From positions 3,670 through 67,669 of the forward strand of contig CAKNGB010000001.1 in NCBI GenBank assembly GCA_930971385.1: DNA of 64,000 nt, given 5' to 3'. A program made the position numbers and the translations under genes. Below the pieces are notes generated by a model. That model worked only from the letters and a program-made list of their open reading frames with translations, had not been told where the DNA came from and ran no database searches. This document shows positions 55,211-64,000 of the stretch, piece by piece; the first letter of the stretch is position 1; each line of letters starts with the position of its first letter. This DNA comes from an uncultured Clostridia bacterium. Lineage in GTDB: Bacteria > Bacillota > Clostridia > Christensenellales > UBA1242.

Positions 55211-57412
55211 TTATATTTTTTCAGTTGTATTTTTCGCTCTGCCTAAAAGTTCATTTTTAAGTTCGCTAAACTTTGGTGGCAATTCAAGTTTTGTTAATGA
55301 GTTGTTATTTGTTAATAAATCATCACCAATTTGTTGAACATTAGGCAATTCAAGTTCTGTTAATGATCTGTTATTATTTAAGAAATTACGACCAATTTGT
55401 TGAATATTAGGAAGATTAAGTTCTGTTAATGATTTGTTATTTAATAAGAAAAAAGCACCAATTTTTTGAACATTAGGAAGATTTAGTTCTGTTAATGATT
55501 CGTTAAAATGTAAGAAACTATTACCAATTTTTTGAACATTAGGAAGATTTAGTTCTGTTAATGATCTGTTATAGAATAAGAAGTCACCACCAATTTGTTG
55601 AACATTAGGCAATTCAAGGCTTTTTAATGATTTGTTATTATATAAGAAATCATCACCAATTTGTTGAACGTTAGGAAGATTAAGTTCTTTTAATGAGTTG
55701 TTACCTAATAAGAAATCATTACCAATTTTTTGAACATTAGGAAGATAAAGTTCTGTTAATGATTCGTTATAACGTAAGAAATTAACACCAATTTGTTGAA
55801 CATTAGGCAATTCAAGTTTTGTTAATGAGTTGTTGTTATATAAGAAATTATCACCAATTTGTTGAACATTAGGAAGATTTAGTTCTGTTAATGATCCGTT
55901 ATAGAATAAGAAATTATCACCAATTTGTTGAACATTAGGAAGATTAAGTTCTGTTAATGATTCGTTATAACGTAAGAAATAATCACCAATTTCTCTAACA
56001 TTAGGAAGATTAAGTTCTGTTAATGATTCGTTATAACGTAAGAAACAATCACCAATTTGTCGAACATTAGGCAATTCAAGTTTTGTTAATGAGTTGTTAG
56101 ATTCTAAGAACCACCTAGCAATATATTGAACATTAGGAAGATTAAGTTCTGTTAATGATTTGTTATTTAATAAGAAGCCACCATCAATTTGTTGAACATT
56201 AGGCAATTCAAGTTTTGTTAATGATTTGTTATAACGTAAGAAACTATCACCAATTTGTTGAACATTAGGAAGATAAAGTTCTGTTAATGATCTGTTAACA
56301 AGTAAGAAGTTATCATAAATTTTAATTATATTTGGATTTGAGTATCCAACAATTTGGTTATGATTATCAAGTTTAATTTCAACAAGTTCTCCCTCTTCTG
56401 GTGTGATTTGAATGGTCAGTCCGTCCTTACTTGGAATGCGTTTAATATTTTTAATTTTGTCAACACTTTTTGGAAACGAGTCTGCAAATTCATCAACTGA
56501 ACTTGAATGGTATTGTTTTAATTTTTTGTTCTCAATATCTAAAATAAAATTCTCAAGAACAATAAATTTATCTTTGTTAAATTGTTTAACTTCTCCATTG
56601 TCAATAATGATGTTATTTGGGCAATAATAAACATTGTCAATTTCAAAGTTATATTTATAAAACTTTCCATCACCTGCTTGCACATAGTCTGGAATTTCCA
56701 GTGGATTTATTTTTTTGTTTGATAGCTTAATGTTATATTTATCCGTAAATGCCTGTGTCAATCCTTCAATTATGTTGTCTAGGTTATTGCTAAATGTGGC
56801 ATCTGGGTTAACATCGTGAATGGTGTGGTTATATCTATTTTTTATGGAAAGAGTGCTTGGTTTTGTTTTTGTGAATTGAATGCTGATAACGCTTGTGCCA
56901 TAGTCATCTTCTCTTCTTGGGTTTTTAAAGTCTTCTCGTTTTATCTTATCCACATCTTTTCTAACAGCAAACCACACTCGGCAAGTATTAAGCCTTCCAC
57001 CATTAAAAGTGCAAAGTTCTTCGCCTTCACGGTAAGCTGGTGTGCCACCAGTATATTTTGGTGTTGGCTCGCCACGATAATAATAATGCCTAAAACTTTG
57101 AATATCTTTTTCAGTTTGACATTCTGGATAAAGTATGTAGCCAGCTCTATCCATAAGTTCTTCAGGAGATAAGTTAGTTTTTTTACCATATTTGTTTTCA
57201 AAATTAGCTTGGCTATAAACATAGTTCTTAAACTCGGCTGTTAAATCTCTGCTAGTTATATCATCATAAAGTTCTCGGCTTGGCAAAAAAGAGTTTTCAA
57301 GTATTTTTGGCAACAAGCCTTCTGTGTCAAGAATGGTTGGAAAGAGTTCTCGACATAAATGCGAAAATTTTTCGCCATAGTGTTTTTTAATCCATTTTAA
57401 ATCTTTTTCCAT
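55211..57412 (-). CDS. leucine-rich-repeat protein (BspA/TpLRR-like 22-aa repeats) with an unrecognised ~360-aa N-terminal domain
   Basis: About 16 consecutive repeats with consensus LTELNLPNVQQIGDNFLxxNxS. No signal peptide or TM segment. The ATG lies 2 nt after the stop of the upstream 97-aa ORF. Confidence 0.85.
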   Translation of the reverse strand: MEKDLKWIKKHYGEKFSHLCRELFPTILDTEGLLPKILENSFLPSRELYDDITSRDLTAEFKNYVYSQANFENKYGKKTNLSPEELMDRAGYILYPECQTEKDIQSFRHYYYRGEPTPKYTGGTPAYREGEELCTFNGGRLNTCRVWFAVRKDVDKIKREDFKNPRREDDYGTSVISIQFTKTKPSTLSIKNRYNHTIHDVNPDATFSNNLDNIIEGLTQAFTDKYNIKLSNKKINPLEIPDYVQAGDGKFYKYNFEIDNVYYCPNNIIIDNGEVKQFNKDKFIVLENFILDIENKKLKQYHSSSVDEFADSFPKSVDKIKNIKRIPSKDGLTIQITPEEGELVEIKLDNHNQIVGYSNPNIIKIYDNFLLVNRSLTELYLPNVQQIGDSFLRYNKSLTKLELPNVQQIDGGFLLNNKSLTELNLPNVQYIARWFLESNNSLTKLELPNVRQIGDCFLRYNESLTELNLPNVREIGDYFLRYNESLTELNLPNVQQIGDNFLFYNGSLTELNLPNVQQIGDNFLYNNNSLTKLELPNVQQIGVNFLRYNESLTELYLPNVQKIGNDFLLGNNSLKELNLPNVQQIGDDFLYNNKSLKSLELPNVQQIGGDFLFYNRSLTELNLPNVQKIGNSFLHFNESLTELNLPNVQKIGAFFLLNNKSLTELNLPNIQQIGRNFLNNNRSLTELELPNVQQIGDDLLTNNNSLTKLELPPKFSELKNELLGRAKNTTEKI
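55270..56330 (-). repeat. 66-nt tandem coding repeat array (about 16 units) inside the LRR gene
   Basis: Near-identical DNA units such as TTGTTGAACATTAGGAAGATTAAGTTCTGTTAATGA recur every 66 nt. Confidence 0.85.
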
Positions 57413-57414
57413 AA

Positions 57415-57708
57415 TTAGCCATAAATCCTTTTTAAAACATATTTTTTATCTTTTGTGACAAGCCCTGCCATGTCGCTTTCATTTAAATCTAAATCATCGT
57501 TTTCCAATGGTTCAAAGGCGTATGGCTGAGAATACCACTTGCTTTTTGGGTTCACAAGATTGGCGTTTAAAAGTAAAACATCATTTACCTTTGGCGTTTT
57601 CATGCCATAAAATTCTAAAACAAGGTTATATTCTTTTTTAGACTTATTGTCTAACAATATGTATTCATTAAACTTGTTTATCTTTTTAATTTTTAAACTT
57701 AAATCCAT
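57415..57708 (-). CDS. hypothetical protein (97 aa), translationally coupled to the LRR gene
   Basis: Co-oriented with the LRR gene. Its stop TAA is followed by TT and then the LRR ATG. No motif recognised. Confidence 0.6.
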   Translation of the reverse strand: MDLSLKIKKINKFNEYILLDNKSKKEYNLVLEFYGMKTPKVNDVLLLNANLVNPKSKWYSQPYAFEPLENDDLDLNESDMAGLVTKDKKYVLKRIYG

Positions 57709-57832
57709 TATTTTCTCCTTTTTTTATTATAAATAAAAATAAGACAAAAATCAATAAGAAGAGAAAAATTCATCATGAAGTTTTATATTTTTCTTTTGTA
57801 ATAAATATTGAAAATTGAGTCATAATAAGCGC

Positions 57833-59419
57833 ATGGAAAAGAAGAAAAATATTAAAGAAGAGAAAAAACAAGAAAAAACCACTAAAAAACAGCAAAAAAA
57901 TGCAAAAAAAGTGGAAAAAAGTGAAGAAAAGAACAAAAATAAGCATAGTTTTGTTTGGTTTATCTCAATTTCGGCGCTGGCAGTTGTTTGCCTTCTTGTT
58001 TGTCAATTCTTTTTCGAAAACGGACTGACCACAAATTCGAGGTTCTATGATAACACCAAAATCAATGGCATTGATGTTTCCAACATGACCATGGCAGAAG
58101 CGGAAAATGTGGTGTTAACGGATATGCTGTCGAACAGAAAAGATGTGGAAATTAATCTCACATCTGGTGATAAAAAGTGGACTTTGAAAGGCACAGATTT
58201 TGAAGTGACAAACAAAATTCAGCCATACATAAAAGAGATTGCATCATACGGCAAAACGGGGAATTTTTTTGATAACTATAAAAAATCAAAAGACATCAAA
58301 GAAAACGGAAAAAACTTTCAAATTTCCTATAAAGCAGTGCTTGGAAATTTGGAGGAAAAGATAGACGAGATTATTGAAGAGGTGGAAAGACCGCAAGAAG
58401 TTGCTAGCCTTGTTTTTTCGCCAAATGAAGAGAAAGTTTTTCATGTGGATAAAGGTAAAAGCAGTGTGACGGTTTTAAGGAATGAACTTTTCTCACAAAT
58501 CGATGAGCAACTCTCTTTGGGTAAAACTGCGAATGTGGAAATTCCTATTGTGGAAATTGAGCCAGAATTTGACGAAGAGGACTTGTTAAACAGTGTTGTT
58601 AAGCGAAGTGAGTTTTCCACTTCTTATTCCACTTCAGGTGCAGACCGCAAAAACAACGTGAAAAAGGCGCTTGAAAGTTTTAACGGACTTATTGTGGAAA
58701 GCGGGCAAACAATATCTTTTAATGAAACAACAGGTCCAAGAACGGAAGAAAATGGCTATAAAAATGCCCACATAATTTTTGACGGAGTTTATGTTGACGG
58801 TGTGGGCGGTGGAGTTTGTCAGGCTTCAACAACTTTATATAATGCTCTTCTTCTTGCTGACATTCAAATCGACCAAGTGTATCATCACTCGCTTCCTGCT
58901 TCCTATGTTCCACTTTCTTTTGACGCCATGGTGTCGGGGAACTATTCTGACCTTGTTTTCACAAACAATTTGGATAAACCAATTTACATCTTAACAAAAT
59001 CCGATGAAAACGAAGTGACGGTGGAAATTTATGGGCCAAGTTTAAATGGAGTCGAAATTAAAAGGCGTTCGGAACTTGTTAAAATTCTTCCACATAATGG
59101 CGACAAAATTGTGAAAGACACAAAAGGCGCATATTCCAATAAAATTCTTTACCAAGGAGAATTTTACCGAGTGAAATGGCCAAAAGAGGGATATGAAAGC
59201 AAGGGATATTTGCAATACTATAAAGACGGCGAACTTTTGGAAGAAAAAGAAATTCGCCATGACTACTATAAGGCGCAAGACGGGATTGTTATGGAAGGCG
59301 TGGAAGAACTTGGCGTGGGTATGAGTTTGCCAGCAAGTGAGGTTCAAATTTGCAGTCCGCAAAAAGTGACAAAACAGCATGAAGAAAATGCTAGGCAAAG
59401 ATTGGAAAAACAATTCTAA
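57833..59419 (+). CDS. VanW-family protein with an N-terminal membrane anchor
   Basis: VanW domain signature GVYVDGVGGGVCQASTTLYNALLLAD. Lys-rich N-terminus followed by a TM helix. The track start at 57815 is TTG; the first ATG is at 57833. Confidence 0.8.
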   Translation: MEKKKNIKEEKKQEKTTKKQQKNAKKVEKSEEKNKNKHSFVWFISISALAVVCLLVCQFFFENGLTTNSRFYDNTKINGIDVSNMTMAEAENVVLTDMLSNRKDVEINLTSGDKKWTLKGTDFEVTNKIQPYIKEIASYGKTGNFFDNYKKSKDIKENGKNFQISYKAVLGNLEEKIDEIIEEVERPQEVASLVFSPNEEKVFHVDKGKSSVTVLRNELFSQIDEQLSLGKTANVEIPIVEIEPEFDEEDLLNSVVKRSEFSTSYSTSGADRKNNVKKALESFNGLIVESGQTISFNETTGPRTEENGYKNAHIIFDGVYVDGVGGGVCQASTTLYNALLLADIQIDQVYHHSLPASYVPLSFDAMVSGNYSDLVFTNNLDKPIYILTKSDENEVTVEIYGPSLNGVEIKRRSELVKILPHNGDKIVKDTKGAYSNKILYQGEFYRVKWPKEGYESKGYLQYYKDGELLEEKEIRHDYYKAQDGIVMEGVEELGVGMSLPASEVQICSPQKVTKQHEENARQRLEKQF

Positions 59420-59462
59420 ATTATTTTGAAACTTTTAATTATTTTTGCTATAATATATATGT

Positions 59463-60479
59463 ATGGAAGAAAAAGATAATAAAGTTGCTAAAAATGAGAA
59501 AAAAGACCTTTCCGATGATAAGGAAAATTTAACTGCGTCTAAGAAAACTAAGAGCGATGATAAAACGGAAAAGAAAGAGAAAAAAGACTTGTCGTTAAAG
59601 GCAAAAATTATAAGAACGGTCATCGTCATTGCCGTGATTGCAGGGCTTATCGTTTTAGGCTATTACATTTTGAACTGGACTGGTGTTTGGGAGCATATCA
59701 ACACCGCAGAAAAACTTCGTGATGTCATTCTTTCATGGGGAATTTGGGGAAGACTTGGCTTTATTTTTATTCAGTTTGCTCAGGTGACCTTTTTGCCACT
59801 TCCTTCCACTGTCACGGTTATTGCTGGTTCTCTTGTTTATGGTCCACTTCAAGGTGGACTTTTGTCGACTGCGGGAATTTTGCTTGGAAGCATTTTTGCC
59901 TTTTTCTTAGGAAGAGTTTTTGGAAAAAAACTTGTTGTTTTCATGGTGGGAGAAAAAACTTGCGACAAATGGACGCACTTTTTGTCTAATGCTAAATATT
60001 CCTTTGTCATCATGATGCTTCTTCCAATTTTTCCTGACGATGTTTTGTGCCTTGTGGCAGGCTTAACAAACATGAGTTGGACATTTTTCACTGTCACAAA
60101 TTTGATTTCAAGACCTATTGGTGTTTTGTCGGTAAGCTACGTTAACTCACTCATTCCATATCACGGCTGGGGGCTTGCGGTTTGGGCGGTTATCATTGTT
60201 GCTATTGTTGTTGTGATTATTTTGGCATATAAATATCAAAAACAAATTGAAAACTTCATATTGAAAATTTTTGGCAATAAAAAAACGAAGATTGAGGGCT
60301 ATAAAAAAGGCGAGAAAAACGAACTTTCCGAGCGACTTGGTAAACCTAGTAAACGCGAAGAAAAAGAAATCACTAACGAACTTCTTGCAAGAAAAATATG
60401 CATACAAAAAGAAGAAAAAAATTTAAATAAAGAAAAATCGCAAAAATTAAGCGATAAAAACACGAAAAAAACTGAATAA
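59463..60479 (+). CDS. TVP38/TMEM64 (DedA-related, VTT domain) family membrane protein
   Basis: FIFIQFAQVTFLPLPSTVTVIAGSLVYGP and LLPIFPDDVLCLVAGLT motifs. Lys/Glu-rich termini. Confidence 0.75.
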   Translation: MEEKDNKVAKNEKKDLSDDKENLTASKKTKSDDKTEKKEKKDLSLKAKIIRTVIVIAVIAGLIVLGYYILNWTGVWEHINTAEKLRDVILSWGIWGRLGFIFIQFAQVTFLPLPSTVTVIAGSLVYGPLQGGLLSTAGILLGSIFAFFLGRVFGKKLVVFMVGEKTCDKWTHFLSNAKYSFVIMMLLPIFPDDVLCLVAGLTNMSWTFFTVTNLISRPIGVLSVSYVNSLIPYHGWGLAVWAVIIVAIVVVIILAYKYQKQIENFILKIFGNKKTKIEGYKKGEKNELSERLGKPSKREEKEITNELLARKICIQKEEKNLNKEKSQKLSDKNTKKTE

Positions 60480-60501
60480 AATTGAATTTTTATTCTTTTT
60501 T

Positions 60502-60669
60502 TTAATTTTTATTAATTTTAATTAAAATTCCTTCTCTAACTTGTTTTGGCGAAAGATTGTTGTCAAGAAGAATTTTTGTGCTGTCAACACCAAATTTTTC
60601 TGCCACGATTTTCAAATTCTCTCCTTCTTTCACTCGGTAATATGGGAAGGATATTTTTTTCATACTCAT
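60502..60669 (-). CDS. 55-aa LysM-domain protein (below the ORF-track length cutoff)
   Basis: Hand translation: MSMKKISFPYYRVKEGENLKIVAEKFGVDSTKILLDNNLSPKQVREGILIKINKN. It fits the LysM pattern Y.V..G..L..IA..F.V....L...N.L.......G..L.I. AAGGA RBS upstream. Stop is TAA. Confidence 0.65.
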   Translation of the reverse strand: MSMKKISFPYYRVKEGENLKIVAEKFGVDSTKILLDNNLSPKQVREGILIKINKN

Positions 60670-60731
60670 ATCGTTTTCCTTTTAAATATTTATATGCATA
60701 AAAAAATGAAAACTTTTATAAATATTTATGT

Positions 60732-62261
60732 ATGAAGTCGATATTCAAAAATGTGGCAATAATCACCGTTTTTTCAGTCTTAACAAGGCTTTTTGGCTTT
60801 CTTTTAAGAATTTTTCTTTCAAGAACAATAGGCGCGGAAGCACTTGGAATTTATCAAGTGGCGCTTTCTGTTTTCATGGTGCTTTTAACGGTGGTTTCAA
60901 GCGGGCTGACGCTTATCATCTCGCGTATGACGGCATCCTATCGCGTGTCGAATAAGAAAAAGGAAATTTCTTCTCTTGTTAGTTCCAGTCTGTTAATTGC
61001 ACTTGTTGTCAGCATAATTTTGTGTTTAATAATTTTAATATTTAAAAACCTCTTTTCTCAACTATTCACTGATGAAAATTGCATAAACATTTTGATAATT
61101 CTTCTTCCTTCCCTCATCTTTTCCGCTGTCTATTCCGTTTTTCGCGGGGCGATGTGGGGTTATGACAACTATTTCGCACTTTGCGTCACAGAACTTTTTG
61201 AGCAAGTTGTTAAAATCGCGCTCTGTGTCCTTCTGCTTGGCGCTGGCATGAGTGCGCTTCAAAGTGCCATGACGGTGGCTTGGTCGTTCACGCTTTCGTG
61301 CCTGCTATCTGCAGTTTTTGTGGTTTTACTTTTCTTTTTCTATGGCGGAAAAATAGGCAAGCCAACAAAAGTGTATAAATCTGTGCTTCGTCAGTCGACA
61401 CCGATAACTGGTGTTAGGGTGGTTGGAAGTTTGGTGCAACCACTGATTGCTCTCATACTTCCAGCGCAACTTGTGCTTGCAGGCTTCACACAAGAGCAGG
61501 CGATGAGCATATACGGCATAGCGCTTGGCATGACCTTTCCCCTTCTCTTTCTTCCAACCACGCTCATCGGTTCGCTTTCCACAGCCCTTGTGCCAGACAT
61601 TTCCATGGCGCTTGTGCAAAACGATAACGCACACATTCAAAAACGAGTTTCTTCGTCCATAACTTTCACGCTTTTTATCACATTTTTGATTGTGCCAATT
61701 TTCATGGCGATAGGAGATAGGATAGGCAACTTTTTGTATGGCGAAGTGCTTAGTGGAACCCTTCTTCAAATGTCGGCGTGGATAATGATTCCAATGGGCA
61801 TAACAAACATAACGTCCTCAATTTTAAACTCGGTGGGCATGGAAGTGAAGTCGTTTATAAACTATGTTATCGGTGGCGTTTTCACATTCATTTCGGTTAT
61901 GTGTTTCACAAAGACCATGGGAGTTTTATCCTTGCCTTTTGGCATGGGTGTTTCCACAGCAATAACCGCCATTTTAAACATCATCATGCTTAAGCGAAAA
62001 CTGAAAATTGAAGTTAAAATTTTTAAACAACTTTTCCTTATGATACTTCTTTCTCTGCCGTCGCTTGCCATAACCAGTTTTTTAAGTTCGCTTTTGTCGT
62101 ATGTCTTGCCAGATCTATTCAACATCATAATTTCTGCGGGTTTTGGTTGTGCAATTTTTCTTCTTCTTTGCATAATGTTCAATGTGGTAAGCGTGCAAAG
62201 TTATTTTGTTAAAATCAAAGAAAAATTTAAAAAACCGCAAAAAAAAGCGAAAAAAACATGA
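60732..62261 (+). CDS. MOP-superfamily flippase (MurJ / SpoVB / polysaccharide biosynthesis protein-like)
   Basis: About 14 TM helices. The N-terminus VLTRLFGFLLRIFLSRTIGAEALGIYQVA is typical of SpoVB/YtgP-type flippases. Confidence 0.75.
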   Translation: MKSIFKNVAIITVFSVLTRLFGFLLRIFLSRTIGAEALGIYQVALSVFMVLLTVVSSGLTLIISRMTASYRVSNKKKEISSLVSSSLLIALVVSIILCLIILIFKNLFSQLFTDENCINILIILLPSLIFSAVYSVFRGAMWGYDNYFALCVTELFEQVVKIALCVLLLGAGMSALQSAMTVAWSFTLSCLLSAVFVVLLFFFYGGKIGKPTKVYKSVLRQSTPITGVRVVGSLVQPLIALILPAQLVLAGFTQEQAMSIYGIALGMTFPLLFLPTTLIGSLSTALVPDISMALVQNDNAHIQKRVSSSITFTLFITFLIVPIFMAIGDRIGNFLYGEVLSGTLLQMSAWIMIPMGITNITSSILNSVGMEVKSFINYVIGGVFTFISVMCFTKTMGVLSLPFGMGVSTAITAILNIIMLKRKLKIEVKIFKQLFLMILLSLPSLAITSFLSSLLSYVLPDLFNIIISAGFGCAIFLLLCIMFNVVSVQSYFVKIKEKFKKPQKKAKKT

Positions 62262-62320
62262 ATTTTTGAACTTTTTTCCACTTTTTGATTAATTTTTTGA
62301 TTATTATTTATACTAAGCAT

Positions 62321-63040
62321 ATGTTAACGATTGTGCTTAGAGCGGTTATAATCTACATTATTGTGCTTTTTCTCTATCGCCTTATGGGGAAAAGACAACT
62401 TGGACAAATGCAACCTTTTGAACTTGTCCTAACTTTAATTATTGCCGACCTTGCCACCATTCCCATGGCGGAAATTTCCGTTCCCGTTTTGCATGGCGTT
62501 GTTCCGCTTTTAACACTTGTTGTTTTGCATTTTCTTTTAACTGTGCTTTGTAAACTTTCCACAAAATTCAGCCGTTTTGTGAGCGGTAAACCTGTGATTG
62601 TGATAAATCCAAATGGCATAGACTATAAAGCGCTTAAAACTTTAAACCTTTCCATTGACGACATCATGGAGGCGATGCGCGGAGAGGGATATTTTAAACT
62701 TGAACAAGTGCAATACGCCATTATGGAAACAAATGGAAAAATGAGCGTTTTGCCAAAGAGTGAATTTGCTCCTGCGACCTGTGGAGATTTAAATCTTTCT
62801 GTGGAGGCGAGTGCGCTTCCAATCAACATTATAACCGAAGGCAAAATTCAAACTTCCAACCTTGAAATTGCAAAGATAAGGAAAGAAGATATAGGTAAAA
62901 TTTTGGAAAAGGCAGAGATTAAAAAGGTTAAAGATTGCCTTGTGCTTTCCATTGATAAAGGAGGAGCGGTTTTTGCGCAGGCGTTTGGCAAAAAATATGT
63001 GACGTTCAACATCGCTCCGCTTGGACAGGTGAGCGAATGA
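62321..63040 (+). CDS. DUF421 (YetF-like) membrane protein
   Basis: RLMGKRQLGQMQPFELVLTLIIADLA N-terminal signature. The first ATG is at 62321; the track start at 62285 is TTG. Confidence 0.75.
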   Translation: MLTIVLRAVIIYIIVLFLYRLMGKRQLGQMQPFELVLTLIIADLATIPMAEISVPVLHGVVPLLTLVVLHFLLTVLCKLSTKFSRFVSGKPVIVINPNGIDYKALKTLNLSIDDIMEAMRGEGYFKLEQVQYAIMETNGKMSVLPKSEFAPATCGDLNLSVEASALPINIITEGKIQTSNLEIAKIRKEDIGKILEKAEIKKVKDCLVLSIDKGGAVFAQAFGKKYVTFNIAPLGQVSE

Positions 63041-63441
63041 CAAAATTTATGTGGTTTCAACTTGTTTCAATTTTAATTCTTCTTGCAGTTTTAATCGCTG
63101 TTTGTGTGGTGGAAGATGACCTTGTTTCGTCCTCTCTTTCGCTTGTTGATGACTATTGCTATGAAATTGAGGTTGCCATTGAAGAGAATGATGGCATAAA
63201 AAACAGTGATGTTTGCACGCTTGTGGATAATTTGGAATATTCTTGGTTTGCAAACGAATGGAAACTTTGCTATGTGGTTAATCATAAATCTATTCAAGAA
63301 ATCGGTGTGGAAATTTCTCGCTTAAAATCATATATAGAAGAAGGGGATGAAAAAGAATTTCGCGCTTCTCTTGAGTTAATTAAACTCTATCGCGAGCAAT
63401 ACGAACACTTTATGGGTGCAAGTTTACACAACATTCTTTAA
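63037..63441 (+). CDS. small membrane-anchored protein, DUF4363-like (name tentative)
   Basis: 4-nt overlap with the DUF421 gene. N-terminal TM helix followed by an acidic helical domain. As I recall, this pairing with DUF421 genes is common in Clostridia. Confidence 0.65.
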   Translation: MTKFMWFQLVSILILLAVLIAVCVVEDDLVSSSLSLVDDYCYEIEVAIEENDGIKNSDVCTLVDNLEYSWFANEWKLCYVVNHKSIQEIGVEISRLKSYIEEGDEKEFRASLELIKLYREQYEHFMGASLHNIL

Positions 63442-63519
63442 CTAATTAAATTGGAAGAAATTTAAATTATTGAAATCGGAAAATTATTTATCTTGAAATA
63501 AAAAAATTAAAGATGTGTT

Positions 63520-64000
63520 TTACCACATCTTTTCTTGTTTCTTTAAAATGATAATCAAAATTATGGAAGCAATGATAACTAAAAGGAGTATGATTAACAA
63601 AATGATAAGCCATAAATATGAAATGGTTTCAACTTTCACAGTGGAAACACTTATTTCATGAAAAGTGATAAGTTCATCGTTGCTGTTATAGATTGAACAC
63701 CTTATATTAAAATTCCCTTCCACGCCATTGCTGTCGAAATGGAATGTGTTGCCATATCTAAATTCATCCTCAATTCCCTCTGGAAGATTTGGCCATAGAT
63801 ATGCATAACCTTCAAATTCGCCAACCGCATCGCTTTCTGTTAAAACATAAAGGGTGTTGTTGATGTCAACTCCTTTCACCGTCCACACAATATGCACAGG
63901 GTTAACATATTTAAAGGTGTCTTCATTTATGCTTATGGTGTAGGCGTTTAAGAAAGTGTCGGAACTTGTTACCACAGAGGATAGAGTTATGTTGCTGGTT
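63520..64000 (-). CDS. C-terminally TM-anchored protein, 5'-truncated by the window edge
   Basis: The reading frame stays open from the GTG at 63975 to nt 64000 (TSNITLSS upstream). The C-terminus YLWLIILLIILLLVIIASIILIIILKKQEKMW is a TM anchor. Confidence 0.6.
   Translation of the reverse strand, partial: TSNITLSSVVTSSDTFLNAYTISINEDTFKYVNPVHIVWTVKGVDINNTLYVLTESDAVGEFEGYAYLWPNLPEGIEDEFRYGNTFHFDSNGVEGNFNIRCSIYNSNDELITFHEISVSTVKVETISYLWLIILLIILLLVIIASIILIIILKKQEKMW

Noticed and set aside
55270-56330. Regular 66-nt repeats as a possible CRISPR array
   Set aside because: The repeats are contiguous with no unique spacers. They lie in one long open frame encoding canonical leucine-rich repeats, and no cas genes are present.

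Overview
AT-rich Bacillota (Firmicutes)-like chromosomal segment, dominated by housekeeping genes. No integrase, transposase, CRISPR array or rRNA was seen. Recognised genes: four aminoacyl-tRNA synthetases (metG, hisS, glnS, cysS); gyrB and gyrA, separated by two small inserted genes; a HelD-like helicase and recD2; secA, prfA and a DUF1385-PrmC fusion; the rpsF-ssb-rpsR operon and rpmE; ychF, mrnC, rlmB and a SigH-like sigma factor; queH, lepB, hup, rubrerythrin and cca; a P-type ATPase and two comFC paralogs; initiator tRNA-fMet and tRNA-Glu. Accessory or unusual coding content: a giant repeat protein of at least 1817 aa that runs off the 5' window edge; a 1195-aa protein with a membrane hairpin and a long coiled coil; a class II Fic protein divergent from gyrB; an ankyrin-repeat protein; a cytoplasmic protein with 16 near-identical 22-aa leucine-rich repeats; a 63-aa Asn/Gly/Trp/Cys-rich peptide next to an ArsR regulator; and a 55-aa LysM ORF missing from the ORF track. 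The most interesting signal is non-coding. Five GC-rich, highly structured islands sit in this AT-rich background and fall into three two-copy families. Family A is a ~150-nt structured RNA with compensatory base changes between copies: one copy directly follows tRNA-Glu, the other lies between ychF and mrnC with a 104-nt insertion. Family B is a tRNA-T-arm-containing structured element: one copy follows tRNA-fMet as part of an inverted tRNA-derived duplication, the other starts at the comFC stop codon. Family C is a compact, perfectly paired four-way-junction (cloverleaf-like) element: one copy abuts the metG stop codon, the other lies between arsR and queH. A cluster of perfect DnaA boxes lies upstream of hisS. 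All family names are from motif recognition by eye; no searches were run.
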